Part shown: positions 1 to 10,800 of the stretch, in pieces
Layout: each line of letters begins with the position of its first letter
How positions within the stretch are numbered: the stretch's first letter is position 1
DNA from: a virus
Reading direction: 5' to 3' (one strand)
DNA: 64,000 nucleotides
Virus record (IMG/VR): IMGVR_UViG_3300020027_000006
Span: 11,245-75,244 of that record
The notes under the pieces: model-generated
The model's database searches: none
Told to the model about the DNA's origin: nothing
What the model saw: the letters and a program-made list of their open reading frames with translations, nothing else
Program-made: the position numbers and the translations under genes

Positions 1-265
1 CTCCTGTTACAATACCTTTTCTGCCGTAATATATACTTTCTTTTGAAACTCCTGAAATTTGAATATGAGTTCCAACAGGTGTAAATTTATACTCTAGACT
101 AATATTTTCAGATTCACCAAAGACGGTTCTAGGTTTAAAATTCCATTCAAATGCCGTTACGTGAACCATATCGTCTTCAATAAATTTAACATGACCACGT
201 ATCCACTTTATTTCACCTTCATGAAAAGTTTTTACTGATACTTCGTCTCCCACACCGTATTCCAT
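1..265 (-). CDS. Partial SH3/KOW-like small protein (MEYGVGDEVSVK...), runs off window
   Basis: Hand translation: ATG at 265 just after the TAA of 267..650; N-terminus matches the YxxGDxV pattern of neighbours. Confidence 0.7.
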   Translation of the reverse strand, partial: MEYGVGDEVSVKTFHEGEIKWIRGHVKFIEDDMVHVTAFEWNFKPRTVFGESENISLEYKFTPVGTHIQISGVSKESIYYGRKGIVTG

Positions 266-266
266 A

Positions 267-650
267 TTAACCTGCTATCCATATATAAACTGCAGAACTA
301 TCAAATACTTCAAACTCTGAGTCTATAACTGAAAACTGAGACCTGTCTAATAAAGTATAAATTGAATCTGGGTCAAGCCTTACTGTATAATCAGAGTAAT
401 CATAGCTTATACTCATTATCGTTCCTTCTCTGTTTTTCCACTTTTCACTGGTTACTTTAATTCGTTTACCAACACTTGAAGCTTTATGCGTTGTAATAAT
501 TTCATGTGATTTACGATACTCGAATTTTCTGAAATCGGGAAAACTCCCATGACTTATAATAATTCTATCTTCTTCAGAGTATATATCAATAATATATCCA
601 TAAATATCAGTATCTTTAATTTTTACTCTGTCTCCTATTTCAAACTCCAT
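267..650 (-). CDS. Tandem KOW/SH3-like protein with C-terminal VxxWI tag
   Basis: FEIGDRVKI and VGKRIKV beta-barrel starts; ends SAVYIWIAG. Confidence 0.7.
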   Translation of the reverse strand: MEFEIGDRVKIKDTDIYGYIIDIYSEEDRIIISHGSFPDFRKFEYRKSHEIITTHKASSVGKRIKVTSEKWKNREGTIMSISYDYSDYTVRLDPDSIYTLLDRSQFSVIDSEFEVFDSSAVYIWIAG

Positions 651-652
651 AA

Positions 653-1150
653 CTATCCTTTTAACCAGTCATGTACAGGAACTTCTTTTTTTATTTCAAT
701 CCACTCTGTTGCTTTATTTTCTGCATCCCATAAAGCCCATGACTTGAATTTTTTTAGCAGCATATTTTCAAAATAAATTTCAGCCCCGAATCTTACTCTA
801 AGACCATCGTACCTAGTAAACTCTTCATCATCAATTAAATAACCAGAACGAATAATATATCTATCACATTCTTTATCTGAAGAACTCCAAAAAATATTAC
901 GTACACCGTTTACTCTGTCATTTATCCAATTCTCACAATCTTCTAACGCATCTATCGGCTCAATCACGTTTTTTGAAGTATGCCCACCTAAAAAACTATG
1001 TCCAAAGGTATTTGACAGTGAGATATAGCCGTTAATCTTGTTTTTACACAATAAAAGTTCAGGTAAAGTTTTTATTGTTATCAAATATTCTTTGTAGATA
1101 ATTTTTTCTATGACTCTCGGCAAAACTAACATAGTCAACTCCCCAACCAA
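653..1150 (-). CDS. Hypothetical protein with C-terminal VxxWL tag
   Basis: ORF track; ends VPVHDWLKG. Confidence 0.65.
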   Translation of the reverse strand: MVGELTMLVLPRVIEKIIYKEYLITIKTLPELLLCKNKINGYISLSNTFGHSFLGGHTSKNVIEPIDALEDCENWINDRVNGVRNIFWSSSDKECDRYIIRSGYLIDDEEFTRYDGLRVRFGAEIYFENMLLKKFKSWALWDAENKATEWIEIKKEVPVHDWLKG

Positions 1151-1362
1151 TCTGATAGAGAAGTATCAGGAGGATGTATTTTCTCTAAAATAAAATAAGG
1201 TAAAGTTATAATAATTTCAGTGCTTGATTCGTATCTAGTTTTAATTTTAATGTGAAGGTTAGATTTTATTCCAACTACAGTACCTCTCTGTAATTCAGGA
1301 ACAAGCCAACCAGACTCCTCCCAAACTACTTCATCTCCTATATCAAATTCAAGTTTTATCAT
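1135..1362 (-). CDS. KOW/SH3-like small protein with LxxWL tag
   Basis: FDIGDEVVW; ends TSLSDWLGS. Confidence 0.7.
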   Translation of the reverse strand: MIKLEFDIGDEVVWEESGWLVPELQRGTVVGIKSNLHIKIKTRYESSTEIIITLPYFILEKIHPPDTSLSDWLGS

Positions 1363-1363
1363 G

Positions 1364-1615
1364 TTAATTTTCTAACCAGTCTGATAGAGAATTGTTAATG
1401 AATTCAGCTTTTTTAACCATACTTTTTAAAGTTAATTTTTTTAACCAGCCGTTAGGAAGAGTTTTAACCTCACCAACCTCTGCACCCTGTTCGGGCTCAA
1501 GTCTAACGTAGGAACAATACGTTCCTACAGTAAGTATGGTTCCTTTTCTCATTTCGACTAAGTTATTTACACAGATTTTATAAGTCACCTCATCGCCTTT
1601 TTCAAATTTTAACAT
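1364..1615 (-). CDS. KOW/SH3-like small protein with LxxWL tag, probably leaderless
   Basis: FEKGDEVTY; ends NSLSDWLEN; TTGACA-17-TAAAAT then 7 nt to ATG. Confidence 0.75.
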   Translation of the reverse strand: MLKFEKGDEVTYKICVNNLVEMRKGTILTVGTYCSYVRLEPEQGAEVGEVKTLPNGWLKKLTLKSMVKKAEFINNSLSDWLEN

Positions 1616-1659
1616 AAAATATATTTTATCATATGTATTCTATTTTGTCAATACAAAAA

Positions 1660-2103
1660 TTAAATCCTCAACCACTGTTGCACCGCATTAGAGTCCTTAT
1701 CAGGATTATCACTCGCTCTTTTAACTAATTTAAAATCCTCGAAAAATAAGTCGCCAGTCCTAACACGGTCGGAAGAAGCATCGAAGTAAGTAAATCCAGC
1801 TTTCATCCTTCCTTCAACCAAATAAACAGAAGTCACAATTGTTCTTGAGCCGTTAAGAAGTTCGATTATATCTCCTTTCTTTATAAACTCTAAAGGCTCC
1901 GATTCTAAAATAACAAGTATTCCTTCAGAATTTATATAAGTGCCATTATTAAGTTGAAAGACTTGTAATTTTTCAAAAGCCGTAAATTGAATTAAAATGA
2001 AGTCTTTAACTACATCTGATACTACTCCTTTTAAATACTCCCCCTCTGGAGAACAATAATGTATTGATTGACCAACTATAAACATATATCTAATTCTAAC
2101 CAA
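1660..2103 (-). CDS. Tandem SH3-like protein with VxxWL tag
   Basis: FIVGQSI and IKKGDII; ends NAVQQWLRI. Confidence 0.7.
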   Translation of the reverse strand: MVRIRYMFIVGQSIHYCSPEGEYLKGVVSDVVKDFILIQFTAFEKLQVFQLNNGTYINSEGILVILESEPLEFIKKGDIIELLNGSRTIVTSVYLVEGRMKAGFTYFDASSDRVRTGDLFFEDFKLVKRASDNPDKDSNAVQQWLRI

Positions 2104-2552
2104 CGATGAAGTCCGTCTTTTTCAGGTTGTATTACTATTAAATCAGCGTATCGAAATTCCTCGTTCCAGCCAACACCTTTTTCTGTATATGATACCCTCG
2201 CCCAACAATCGTTAGCAGGTAATTCTATCCAAGTCTTGAATACCTCTCCTATCTCACCGTTAGGAAGGAGCACTTTATCACATATTTTTATTCTGTCTAA
2301 TGAATCTGTATTTAAGAAGTTTAAAGTTTCGTTATAACAATTTTGGTATAATTCAGATTCCGGAGAATAATTAAAAGTTTCTACCATTTCTGGGAAATTC
2401 CATTTAGCCAAAATAAGAGGTGGAGAATCAAATATAGCATATACTGTTCCTTTTTTTATTATTTGTTTTCCATCTCTTCCTCTTCCGTCAGAAAGGCTCC
2501 AAACATTCATTCCTTTGACAATTAAATCTTTCATACCTTTGCGGACAACCAA
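2076..2552 (-). CDS. Tandem SH3-like protein with LxxWL tag
   Basis: IKICDKVLLPNGEIGEV; ends GLHRWLELDICL. Confidence 0.65.
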   Translation of the reverse strand: MVVRKGMKDLIVKGMNVWSLSDGRGRDGKQIIKKGTVYAIFDSPPLILAKWNFPEMVETFNYSPESELYQNCYNETLNFLNTDSLDRIKICDKVLLPNGEIGEVFKTWIELPANDCWARVSYTEKGVGWNEEFRYADLIVIQPEKDGLHRWLELDICL

Positions 2553-2803
2553 TTTGTTACACTCGTATTTTCAATAATCAGCTCAGTTGTAAAGCTTAAA
2601 TTATCCTCATGCATAAAAAAATCATTATAATCATTTACCTTATGTACAGCCTGTCCATTATCATCTACAGAACAAACACAGTAAATATATTCCGAACCCT
2701 CAAAGTTTTTTCTTACGGATACAATAACTCCTTTTACAAGAGGAAGTTCTGAACCGTACTTAACCGTTACACAGTCACCTGTTTTAAATTTTGGATAACT
2801 CAT
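2531..2803 (-). CDS. KOW/SH3-like protein with VxxWL tag
   Basis: PKFKTGDCVTV; ends TSVTNWLSAKV. Confidence 0.75.
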   Translation of the reverse strand: MSYPKFKTGDCVTVKYGSELPLVKGVIVSVRKNFEGSEYIYCVCSVDDNGQAVHKVNDYNDFFMHEDNLSFTTELIIENTSVTNWLSAKV

Positions 2804-3224
2804 TAGACATCCAATTAAGTACAGGATAAAGTGTTGTATCCTGCACCTCTAATTTATCCTCCCAAACCCAAACTCTTTCACCAGTTATAAGACGTACTAA
2901 ATATATATTTATAACTTTATCTTGACGCCAATCAAATTCAGACTTACATCTAACTATATGTCCTAATGTATTATTTGTTAGTATTATTACTTTTGTATTA
3001 TCTTCAAATTTTATCGAGTTTGCCCGTCTGTCACTGGCTTTTTCAATCAAAGTAAGCTGATTGACAGGCTTTAAGAATCTTTTTATGCGTCCTGCATCAT
3101 CAACACCTCTTATATAATACGCTTCGGGGTGCAATTTAGAAGGACAAAATATATACAGATTTCTATAAAAATACAGATAGTCACAGCGTACTTTGTCATT
3201 TTTCTGAAATTTATACTTACTCAT
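2784..3224 (-). CDS. Tandem SH3-like protein with VxxWM tag
   Basis: Start MSKYKFQKNDKV by ATGA overlap; ends YPVLNWMSNELSKI. Confidence 0.7.
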   Translation of the reverse strand: MSKYKFQKNDKVRCDYLYFYRNLYIFCPSKLHPEAYYIRGVDDAGRIKRFLKPVNQLTLIEKASDRRANSIKFEDNTKVIILTNNTLGHIVRCKSEFDWRQDKVINIYLVRLITGERVWVWEDKLEVQDTTLYPVLNWMSNELSKI

Positions 3225-3379
3225 ATATTTATAATCCATTCACAAACTGGTGAAATAACTGAAAAAATATCTTCTTCTAAGTCTGACTCAAAACACCAAA
3301 TTGTTTCTTCATTATCGAGTTTTAAAAGATATTCATGTATAACTTCGCCTTTAATTACATATTTTTGAAATTTATACAT
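3221..3379 (-). CDS. 52-aa protein missed by the ORF track, with PVCEWI tag
   Basis: Hand translation MYKFQKYVIKGEVIHEYLLKLDNEETIWCFESDLEEDIFSVISPVCEWIINI. Confidence 0.6.
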   Translation of the reverse strand: MYKFQKYVIKGEVIHEYLLKLDNEETIWCFESDLEEDIFSVISPVCEWIINI

Positions 3380-3382
3380 ATA

Positions 3383-3691
3383 TCATTCGTTCGCGGACAG
3401 CCAATTTTGTACAAAATTAACTTCTTCGACTATCCCATCATCCTGTATAAAACTTTTTGGGTGTATAGAAGTTAAAGTCCACCAAAACCTGTGAACAATT
3501 TTGAAAATATGTTTATAATTATCTTCTTCCAGTCTTAAATCATAATAACTTTCGTCGAAAGACAGAGAAACCGATTCTGTTTGTCCATAGTTTTCTACGA
3601 TACATCTTATTCCAATTTTGTGCGGAGAGCTTTTATACAGTACAAGTTCTCCTATCTCAAATTTAGGTTTCTTCATAAATTTTCTATCCAC
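3383..3691 (-). CDS. KOW/SH3-like protein with VxxWL tag
   Basis: KPKFEIGELV; ends NFVQNWLSANE. Confidence 0.75.
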   Translation of the reverse strand: MDRKFMKKPKFEIGELVLYKSSPHKIGIRCIVENYGQTESVSLSFDESYYDLRLEEDNYKHIFKIVHRFWWTLTSIHPKSFIQDDGIVEEVNFVQNWLSANE

Positions 3692-3927
3692 CTGTAAACA
3701 GACTCATCAAAAACATCTTCATTAGCTGTATAAGGTAGTACATTTGTCAGTCTATCCTCTAAATACACACCGCTCACATTACAACCTTCTAAAAATGAAT
3801 GTGTTGTATAGACAGGAAATTTATCCAAACCTATTCGAGATATTTTAACTATTATTCCAATAAACGGCTCTTTTTTAGGCTCTGTAATCATTACAGATTG
3901 TCCTATACTATATTTAGGTTTGTTCAT
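3673..3927 (-). CDS. KOW/SH3-like protein with VxxWI tag
   Basis: KPKYSIGQSV; ends ESVYRWIENL. Confidence 0.75.
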   Translation of the reverse strand: MNKPKYSIGQSVMITEPKKEPFIGIIVKISRIGLDKFPVYTTHSFLEGCNVSGVYLEDRLTNVLPYTANEDVFDESVYRWIENL

Positions 3928-3962
3928 GTTCCATTCATTTAGATACAGAAGATTCTGAATTA

Positions 3963-4214
3963 TCAGAATTTTTCATTGGTCAGCCAATTCTGTAAGCATT
4001 CGTAAACAGGTATAATAGACTCTAAATATTGATTTTTAAAATACAGTGACTCTTCAAACTCAGTTATAACTGTATATTGATATTTTTCTACTTGTCCTAT
4101 CAAATCGTGGACGATTGTAATCTCTGTTATTCTACCTATCTTATTGTTATGAGTGACACTAGGGGACACGATACGGACTATATCTCCTATTATGTACTCT
4201 GGTTTTCCTAACAT
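3963..4214 (-). CDS. KOW/SH3-like protein with LxxWL tag
   Basis: KPEYIIGDIVRI; ends ECLQNWLTNEKF. Confidence 0.75.
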   Translation of the reverse strand: MLGKPEYIIGDIVRIVSPSVTHNNKIGRITEITIVHDLIGQVEKYQYTVITEFEESLYFKNQYLESIIPVYECLQNWLTNEKF

Positions 4215-4358
4215 ATATCTAATTAAATTTACCCATTCGCGGACAGAGAATAAGTTTACGAATCAGTTCCTGAATAAGTAGTCATTAAACTTTCAGGAAG
4301 TATAACACCTAATTTATTACCTAGACGGATAATCTCTCTATTGTCTAAATCACGTTGC

Positions 4359-4865
4359 TCAGTTTTCACTTACTTTAGACGCTTCAGATGCCTTTACCAG
4401 CTCTACCAATTTCTTTTTATTAAACAATATACCAGATTCAAACATAGCCAAAACTGTGAGTCCATTATACATGGAGCCGCTCCATAGACCAGTATCTCCG
4501 TTTTTAATATTAATGAAGTTGCTAACAGATGAATCGTATTTTACAGTAAGTTTTGTGTCCTCTCTCGTGTTCAATAGATTTACTTTATTTGTTAAACTTT
4601 CAAAAATAACAGTCTCTGCGGACTTTACCGGCTCCTCATCCCAATGTGTCCAAGCCAATATATAAACCCAATCAATGCTTTCACCGACAGGAGTGTTACC
4701 AACTACAATAAACCTGAGTAAGGAACTGCCTCCCTCGCTGATTGAAATATATGGAAAATCTTTGTCGCTGTGTTCAGTAATAGTAAGTTTATTTGATTCA
4801 CATATATCATTTATTTCAGTTAGAATATATGTACGTTTTGTAAATAAATTTTTAAGTTCAGTCAT
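4359..4865 (-). CDS. Hypothetical protein
   Basis: 168-aa ORF with AGGAG RBS. Confidence 0.7.
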   Translation of the reverse strand: MTELKNLFTKRTYILTEINDICESNKLTITEHSDKDFPYISISEGGSSLLRFIVVGNTPVGESIDWVYILAWTHWDEEPVKSAETVIFESLTNKVNLLNTREDTKLTVKYDSSVSNFINIKNGDTGLWSGSMYNGLTVLAMFESGILFNKKKLVELVKASEASKVSEN

Positions 4866-4886
4866 AAATTTCTCCTAATCTTCAAT

Positions 4887-4994
4887 CTAATTAACTAACC
4901 AATCGACTAAATACGCTTTCACATTTTTCTGTTCATTATCTATAAGTTCGTTGGCAATAAGACAAGCAGATTCTATGTTAGAATAATATTTCAT
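4887..4994 (-). CDS. 35-aa peptide with YLVDWL tag
   Basis: Hand translation MKYYSNIESACLIANELIDNEQKNVKAYLVDWLVN; GGAG upstream. Confidence 0.5.
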   Translation of the reverse strand: MKYYSNIESACLIANELIDNEQKNVKAYLVDWLVN

Positions 4995-5027
4995 TTTTTT
5001 GAATTCTCCAGTATTTCACATAGTTTT

Positions 5028-5213
5028 TATTCATTTGCGGACAGCCAATTCTGTACATCAGAATAACCTTCTTCGATTTCAATAGAAGGTTCATATGCTT
5101 CAATCATAGCTTTTATAAGAAGTTCAGCTCCAGACTCTGCACTTTGTACAGTAGTAAAACCCTTTATGGGTATAGTCAGAGACTAAATGCATTACATCTA
5201 TTGAACTTTCCAT
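5028..5213 (-). pseudogene. Frameshifted tag-bearing gene remnant ending DVQNWLSANE
   Basis: ATG at about 5213 is in a different frame from ...IEIEEGYSDVQNWLSANE*. Confidence 0.45.
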
Positions 5214-5216
5214 TTT

Positions 5217-5477
5217 TTATCCTTCTGCGGACATCCAATTGAAGACCGCTAAAGTTATTTGACTCTTCTTTTCATCCAGTTCTTTTGCTAAAATACCAGA
5301 TATATAATACTCAGCAAACATTTTAGCTCTATAAACAGTAGTAAAATTTTGAGCCAGATAATAACTTCCGTCATCTTTGTAAAGTTTAATTTTATATGGT
5401 GCTTCTTTATCCCAATCCCATATATCTTCGGGTGATTCAATTACATAACGTACACCTTTATAATAATAATTAGACAT
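5217..5477 (-). CDS. Hypothetical protein with VxxWM tag
   Basis: Ends LAVFNWMSAEG; sigma70 promoter upstream (TGTCAA at about 5521). Confidence 0.7.
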   Translation of the reverse strand: MSNYYYKGVRYVIESPEDIWDWDKEAPYKIKLYKDDGSYYLAQNFTTVYRAKMFAEYYISGILAKELDEKKSQITLAVFNWMSAEG

Positions 5478-5924
5478 AAACTTTATTCCTTGAATTTATT
5501 GTACCATATACAATCTCTTATGTCAATAAAATAATACTTTGGTGTTAATTTTATACACCGCTCGCGGACAAAAAATTAGGCGAACTGTCCAATCTTTTAT
5601 ATAAATTTATATAATATATAATAACAACCAATATTAGACAGTAAAAAGAGCATATATTCTGAATACAAAAGAGCAATTAAAAAGAGAAAAATATATACAA
5701 AACAGCTTTATTTATATAAGAGATAAACAATATTACACATTAAGTAAATATAAGAAAACCAGACACAAAACTAATTTTTTAATACCCACCTGCGGACGAA
5801 GAAAAAGCTAATAAATACTAAGAGCAAATAAAAAGATAACTAACAAAGAGTTAACTAATACAGAAGAAGAGAACTAAAATAAAAGCCTTATAGAGTAATA
5901 GAGAATAGAGTAGCCAATAGAGTT

Positions 5925-6149
<225 letters not shown>

Positions 6150-6586
6150 GGCCCAATTTGCAGTTTTCCCTAATTTGCACTCAACTGGAAGTTCCCTCTA
6201 CACGTTCCCAATGCTTTTTATAAGTTCTAGTATATACAGCAGTAGCCAATCGTATCCAATCGTTATTTTCCATTTTATAGGGTATAAAAGTATGTTCAAT
6301 TGTCTCAGCTTATGTTCAATAGTAGGTATTAATCTGACAAAATATAAAGGGCTCCGCGAAGCAGGGAAAAAGTTGTATTGGCTAAGGGGTCAAAGTATAC
6401 TTTTTGCTAGTAAAAACGCATATATAGTTTTCTGTAAAGTGGCTTTATTTTGCCTGTAAATACGCAAAGACGGGTTTTTACTGTGTAGCATATACTAATA
6501 CTAGTGTCAACACGGAAAAAGGGCAGGTCGGGGCAGCAAATGGCTTCTTTTACTGTCCGCAACCCTATAAAAGTATCATTTTTGTG

Positions 6587-6950
6587 TTGACAAAGCATAT
6601 AAAACTATGATATAATGTATGTGGAGGGGTGCGGGAAAAATAAAAAAATTTAGTTAAATTCCTGCGTCCGATAATGAGTACTGACGCAGGGGAAAAGTTA
6701 CTCTGAAAATTCGTAACCTTTTTGTTTTCAACAGTTTAATTTTTTGACGCATTTTATATAAGATTATATAAAAACAGGGATATTTCACTTGCATTTTGCA
6801 AGTAACTTGAGGATGTAATGCACGTTATGCCAGCAAACAGCTAAATAGATAAAAAGATATGAGAAATATAAAAATAAAACTTTACACACTGCGGAAGTAC
6901 GTAAAGAGAAGAGAAAAAAGGCAACCAGAACGGCTACCTTTTTATTTTTA
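6587..6950 (+). ncRNA. Putative GGGTGCGGG small RNA unit 1
   Basis: TTGACA 6587, TGnTATAAT 6611, GGAGGGGTGCGGG 6623, hairpin plus T tract at about 6913-6950, no credible ORF. Confidence 0.5.
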
Positions 6951-6965
6951 TTTGGTGGGTACTAA

Positions 6966-7889
6966 CTATGCGGTCTTCGTCAAAGCAGCAAGTGCCTTAG
7001 CATTAGATGCCTTAACCTTGTCAGCCTTAGCATCCTCAGCTTCTTGTGCCTTAGCCAAAGCCTTTGCCTTTTGCTCATTTGCACGAGTGACTGACTTAGC
7101 CTGTGCTTCCTTAGCTTTAGCATCAGCCTTAGCAACTGCATCCAAAGCCTTCTGCTTTGCCTTTTCCGCTTTTTCTACTTCCTTAAGGTCAGCCTGTCGC
7201 GTTGCTTCAATTGCACGAAGCTTTGCCTTTTCAGCCTTAGCGGTTTCACGTTCTGCTTTTCTACGTGCGGTTTCCTTACCTAACTCAACCGAACGGAGTT
7301 CCTTAGCCTTTACTCGCTCGGCTTTACGAGCCGCTTTTGCCTCGTCCGCAATACGCTGATTTTCAGCATTTACTGCTTCTCGGGCTGACTTTGCTTCTGC
7401 CTTTTTCGCCTCGTAAGCTTCGGTCGCATTGACACTCGGATGAAATACGTCGTTGCTGTCGGTGAATTCTACCGTCATGATAGCATCACCTTCTTTCCAC
7501 GACTTAGCATCAGGAACCATAGCAGGGATACCTGCATCCTGATATTGACGAGCCTTTGCTTGTTCCTTACGCATAGCCGCAATCTCAGGACGACTTGTCC
7601 ATTCTGTTGCCTTTGCGGTCTGGTCTTTCTTACAGATATTGCGGAACTTGCCGTTTGCAAGCTTCGAGAAATTCGATACACCTTCAACTGTCTTTTCCGG
7701 TGTTCCGCAAACCGAGCATTTAACTTCTGCCGTCTTTACTACTTCTGCCTTAACTACTGCCTTAACTACTTCTTTCGCCGGAGCCGTTGCTGTAGTTTTG
7801 GTCTTCGTTGCCGACTTTGCTGACTTTGCCGACTTCGTTGCCTTAGTAGTTACGTTACCTTTACCGTTTGTCTTTTTATTCGTTGCCAT
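6966..7889 (-). CDS. Lys/Ala-rich histone H1-like protein with CxxC and coiled coil
   Basis: KATKSAKSAKSATKTK N-tail, CSVCG...ICKKD, KA-rich C-terminus; two identical tandem promoters (about 7938, 8069). Confidence 0.8.
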   Translation of the reverse strand: MATNKKTNGKGNVTTKATKSAKSAKSATKTKTTATAPAKEVVKAVVKAEVVKTAEVKCSVCGTPEKTVEGVSNFSKLANGKFRNICKKDQTAKATEWTSRPEIAAMRKEQAKARQYQDAGIPAMVPDAKSWKEGDAIMTVEFTDSNDVFHPSVNATEAYEAKKAEAKSAREAVNAENQRIADEAKAARKAERVKAKELRSVELGKETARRKAERETAKAEKAKLRAIEATRQADLKEVEKAEKAKQKALDAVAKADAKAKEAQAKSVTRANEQKAKALAKAQEAEDAKADKVKASNAKALAALTKTA

Positions 7890-8140
7890 AATTTTAACTT
7901 TGTCCTTTTTACTGTGTCCCTTTGTTTGACTTAATCAGTGTACCAAATGAAAAGCATTTTGTCAACATCTTTTTTAACTTTATTAAAATAAAAAAGTTAA
8001 TTATTTTTGTAAACTTTCCTCTTCACTTTGTCCATTCTTTTTAAGTTACCTTCCTTCGACAAAAATAAGTGTACCAAATGAAAAGCATTTTGTCAACAAA
8101 AATATTAGCAGAAAACCCTGAAAATAAAAAAAGTTTTATG

Positions 8141-8325
8141 TTGACAAAAGATTACTTATATGATATACTATTTGTGGAAGGGTGCGGGACTTCCAGTTGA
8201 GTGATAGATGAAACAGTTGTTGCAGAGACGAAACACAAACACAACAAAGATAAGATAATGAGAAGCTATAAAAGGTTGACATACTGAGGAGCAAAACTCT
8301 GATAAGAAGTCTTATCAGAGTTTAA
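8141..8325 (+). ncRNA. Putative GGGTGCGGG small RNA unit 2
   Basis: TTGACA-17-TATACT, GGAAGGGTGCGGG at 8176, hairpin aaactctgataag...cttatcagagttt. Confidence 0.5.
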
Positions 8326-8378
8326 GTGGTTTCATGGGTTTCATGGGTTTCATGAATTTAATAATTATTAATAATTAG

Positions 8379-10743
8379 TTATACTACGTAGTCATGCCAG
8401 TACTTTAGGTCGTGCTCTTCTAATACTCCTAAAGGAAAGTAACCGTCCGTGAACTCTTCTTCTTTGTATAACATTGAAAAGTCCTCTTTGTAGTAACTCA
8501 TTGCAAATTTCTGTGCTTGGTCTCTATCACGAGCATTTTTTATAAGAGCATAACCATCACGTCGCTTCCTGTCTTTCTGTCCGAAAGTTACAAAATATTT
8601 TGGCTTGGTTTTTTGCATACTAAACTTGTGAATTTTTTTGTCGTACTTGCGGACTCTCCGCAATAGCCTCAGAAATTAATGTAAGCCTTCCCATAAACTT
8701 TGTCTTAGCCATTTGATACCCTTGCTCAAAATGTCCGAGTGCTACTGTTAGACTTCCTATTGTTCCTCGTGCTATAACATTCATTTCGCCAGAGGACGTT
8801 TCATAAACTGTGTTATCAAACCTATCCGCACCAAAAGCTGTCTTAAGGTCTAGCCCAGTACGTGAATTTACATTACAAACAAATACATCCAACATCTTAG
8901 ATGTATGAATATCGGGAAGATTAATATTATCCATAATCACTCTCTCCTGTTCACTGATTATTCACTGATTGTTCGCTTATTATTTCAGTAACTATTGTTA
9001 GTCTATTTGTTAAGCTATTATTAGTCTATTATTAAGCTGATTTGTCATATTCTAAAGTACCTAAACTTTGTGCAAATTCCAGTTCTGTATTCTTATACTT
9101 TATAGCATAACTCGCTGTATGTTTATTAGCAAACCAAAGCTCGAACTCTCCCGTATTTAAGTTGAAAAGAATGTGCTCTTTATTATTACTCATAGAAGTA
9201 ACATACTTATAACCAGCTTTCCTCATCGTTTCCCTGTTATCCATAAATTTTATAGTACCACAAAGAAAGATTTTTGTCAACAATTAAACTCTAACTACTC
9301 TTAGTTTATTATTAAATATTACTTCAGGAAGAGAATCAAATTCTTGAACTGTTAACTTTGATTCTCCTCTAAAGTCGTAAGTATCGCCCATTAATATGCA
9401 AGCTTCGTCCTCATTAGACGCTTTAACGTAATACTCTTCACTGCCCATATCGTTTCCGTCAGCTATTATGTATATTTTCATACTCTCTATATTTTTCATT
9501 TTCTTTGTCATTTTCTTTGTAACTTCATTACGCAGCTTGTTGATTAGCAATCTTAGCTAATTCTTTCTTAACACCGACCGCAACTATACCTTTCCAGTTT
9601 TTTGAATGGATAAGAAAACTAAGCACCGTATTACGTGCGTTCTCTTCCGTAATCTGGTCAAGGTTAAACATTTCAGTAACTCGTTCCTTTGCTTCGCCAC
9701 TAAGATTTGCATAATCTCGTTTGATTGTCCCTGCGAATCTATAAAGTGGCTTATGCTCTGTATTGTTTTCCATAATATGTAGTGTACCAAAGATTTGCTG
9801 CTTTGTCAACAAGAAAACCACACCCTAAATTTTTATTCCTAATGACTTTAGATTCTTATTAAGAATAGCCTCACCTGCTTTTAGATTAGCCTTTACATCG
9901 TTTACTAGGCTTTGTACGGCGTCTAAACCTCCTTTTAAGGTTACTATATAAGAAAGCGGTCGTTTAACCTTAAAACTACGTACATTATAGGTTGCAGTAT
10001 TTTTTTCGATAGTGCCATAACAAACACCCGTATTGCTATCACTTGCAATCTTCTTTTCGAATTTTTCCGTTTCTTTCTTGTTATAGTAAGCATAAAGCAG
10101 CTCATCCACTTTTTCGATTAGCGTATCCATTTCGATGAACCCTATAAAATTTGTCGAAGCTACGTAAATATAAGTCTCTCCGCCACGACCTTCATTTTTT
10201 GCTTCGCCAACACGAACACCATTTTCATAAACAGATGCGGAAAAACAAATTGTTTCCTCACTCATGAATTCCGAAATTTTAATATTTTTTAATGTTATTG
10301 ACATAAGAGTAATGTAGCATATTATTGCTATTTTGTCAAGATAAAAAATTCTTTTTATTTTCTCTATTCTCTATTCTGCTCAGTAATATGTTTGAACTTA
10401 TCTTCTTATTTACTTTATTGGTTAGTTAGATAGGCAATCACTTCTTATTTAATTTTTTTTATTTTTTTGTGATTTGCGGATGAGAAACTACTATATCTTT
10501 TCTTTTTCCTCTTTCCATGTCTTAGTATAATACCAGAAATGAAGGTTGTCAAGTGCGGACATTACTTTTCCTACTAATACTAATTAAATCAATAATATCA
10601 AGCAGTTCATTTATATCAGCATCTTGTACATCGACACGCTCCTCTAGCTTTGTTATCATATTAAACAGGCCAAAGAGCAGTATGAAAATTAGTACAAGTA
10701 CAACTATCAAAAATATACATACACCCATTAGTAAACTTTCCAT
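8379..10743 (-). other. Run of small hypothetical early genes (8379, 8620, 9032, 9284, 9528, 9825, 10549 ORFs)
   Basis: Co-oriented small ORFs, several with their own TTGACA/-10 promoter; 9825..10304 has SEETxCFxAxVYxNGxxVGxAxNxGRGG, a motif I recognise from phage hypotheticals. Confidence 0.7.
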
Positions 10744-10800
10744 AGTAAAATTCTATCATAAAATAAATATAATGTCAACATAAAAAATAGAAAATAAGTG

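Noticed and set aside
3925-3976. TGA at the Trp position of a tag remnant (SSVSK*ME) as a sign of stop-codon recoding
   Set aside because: TGA, TAG and TAA all terminate clear genes elsewhere and long genes are intact in the standard code; more likely a TGG-to-TGA mutation
6859-7929. Plus-strand ORFs 6859..7359, 7440..7823, 7639..7929
   Set aside because: Antisense shadows of the biased Lys/Ala gene; no RBS or motifs
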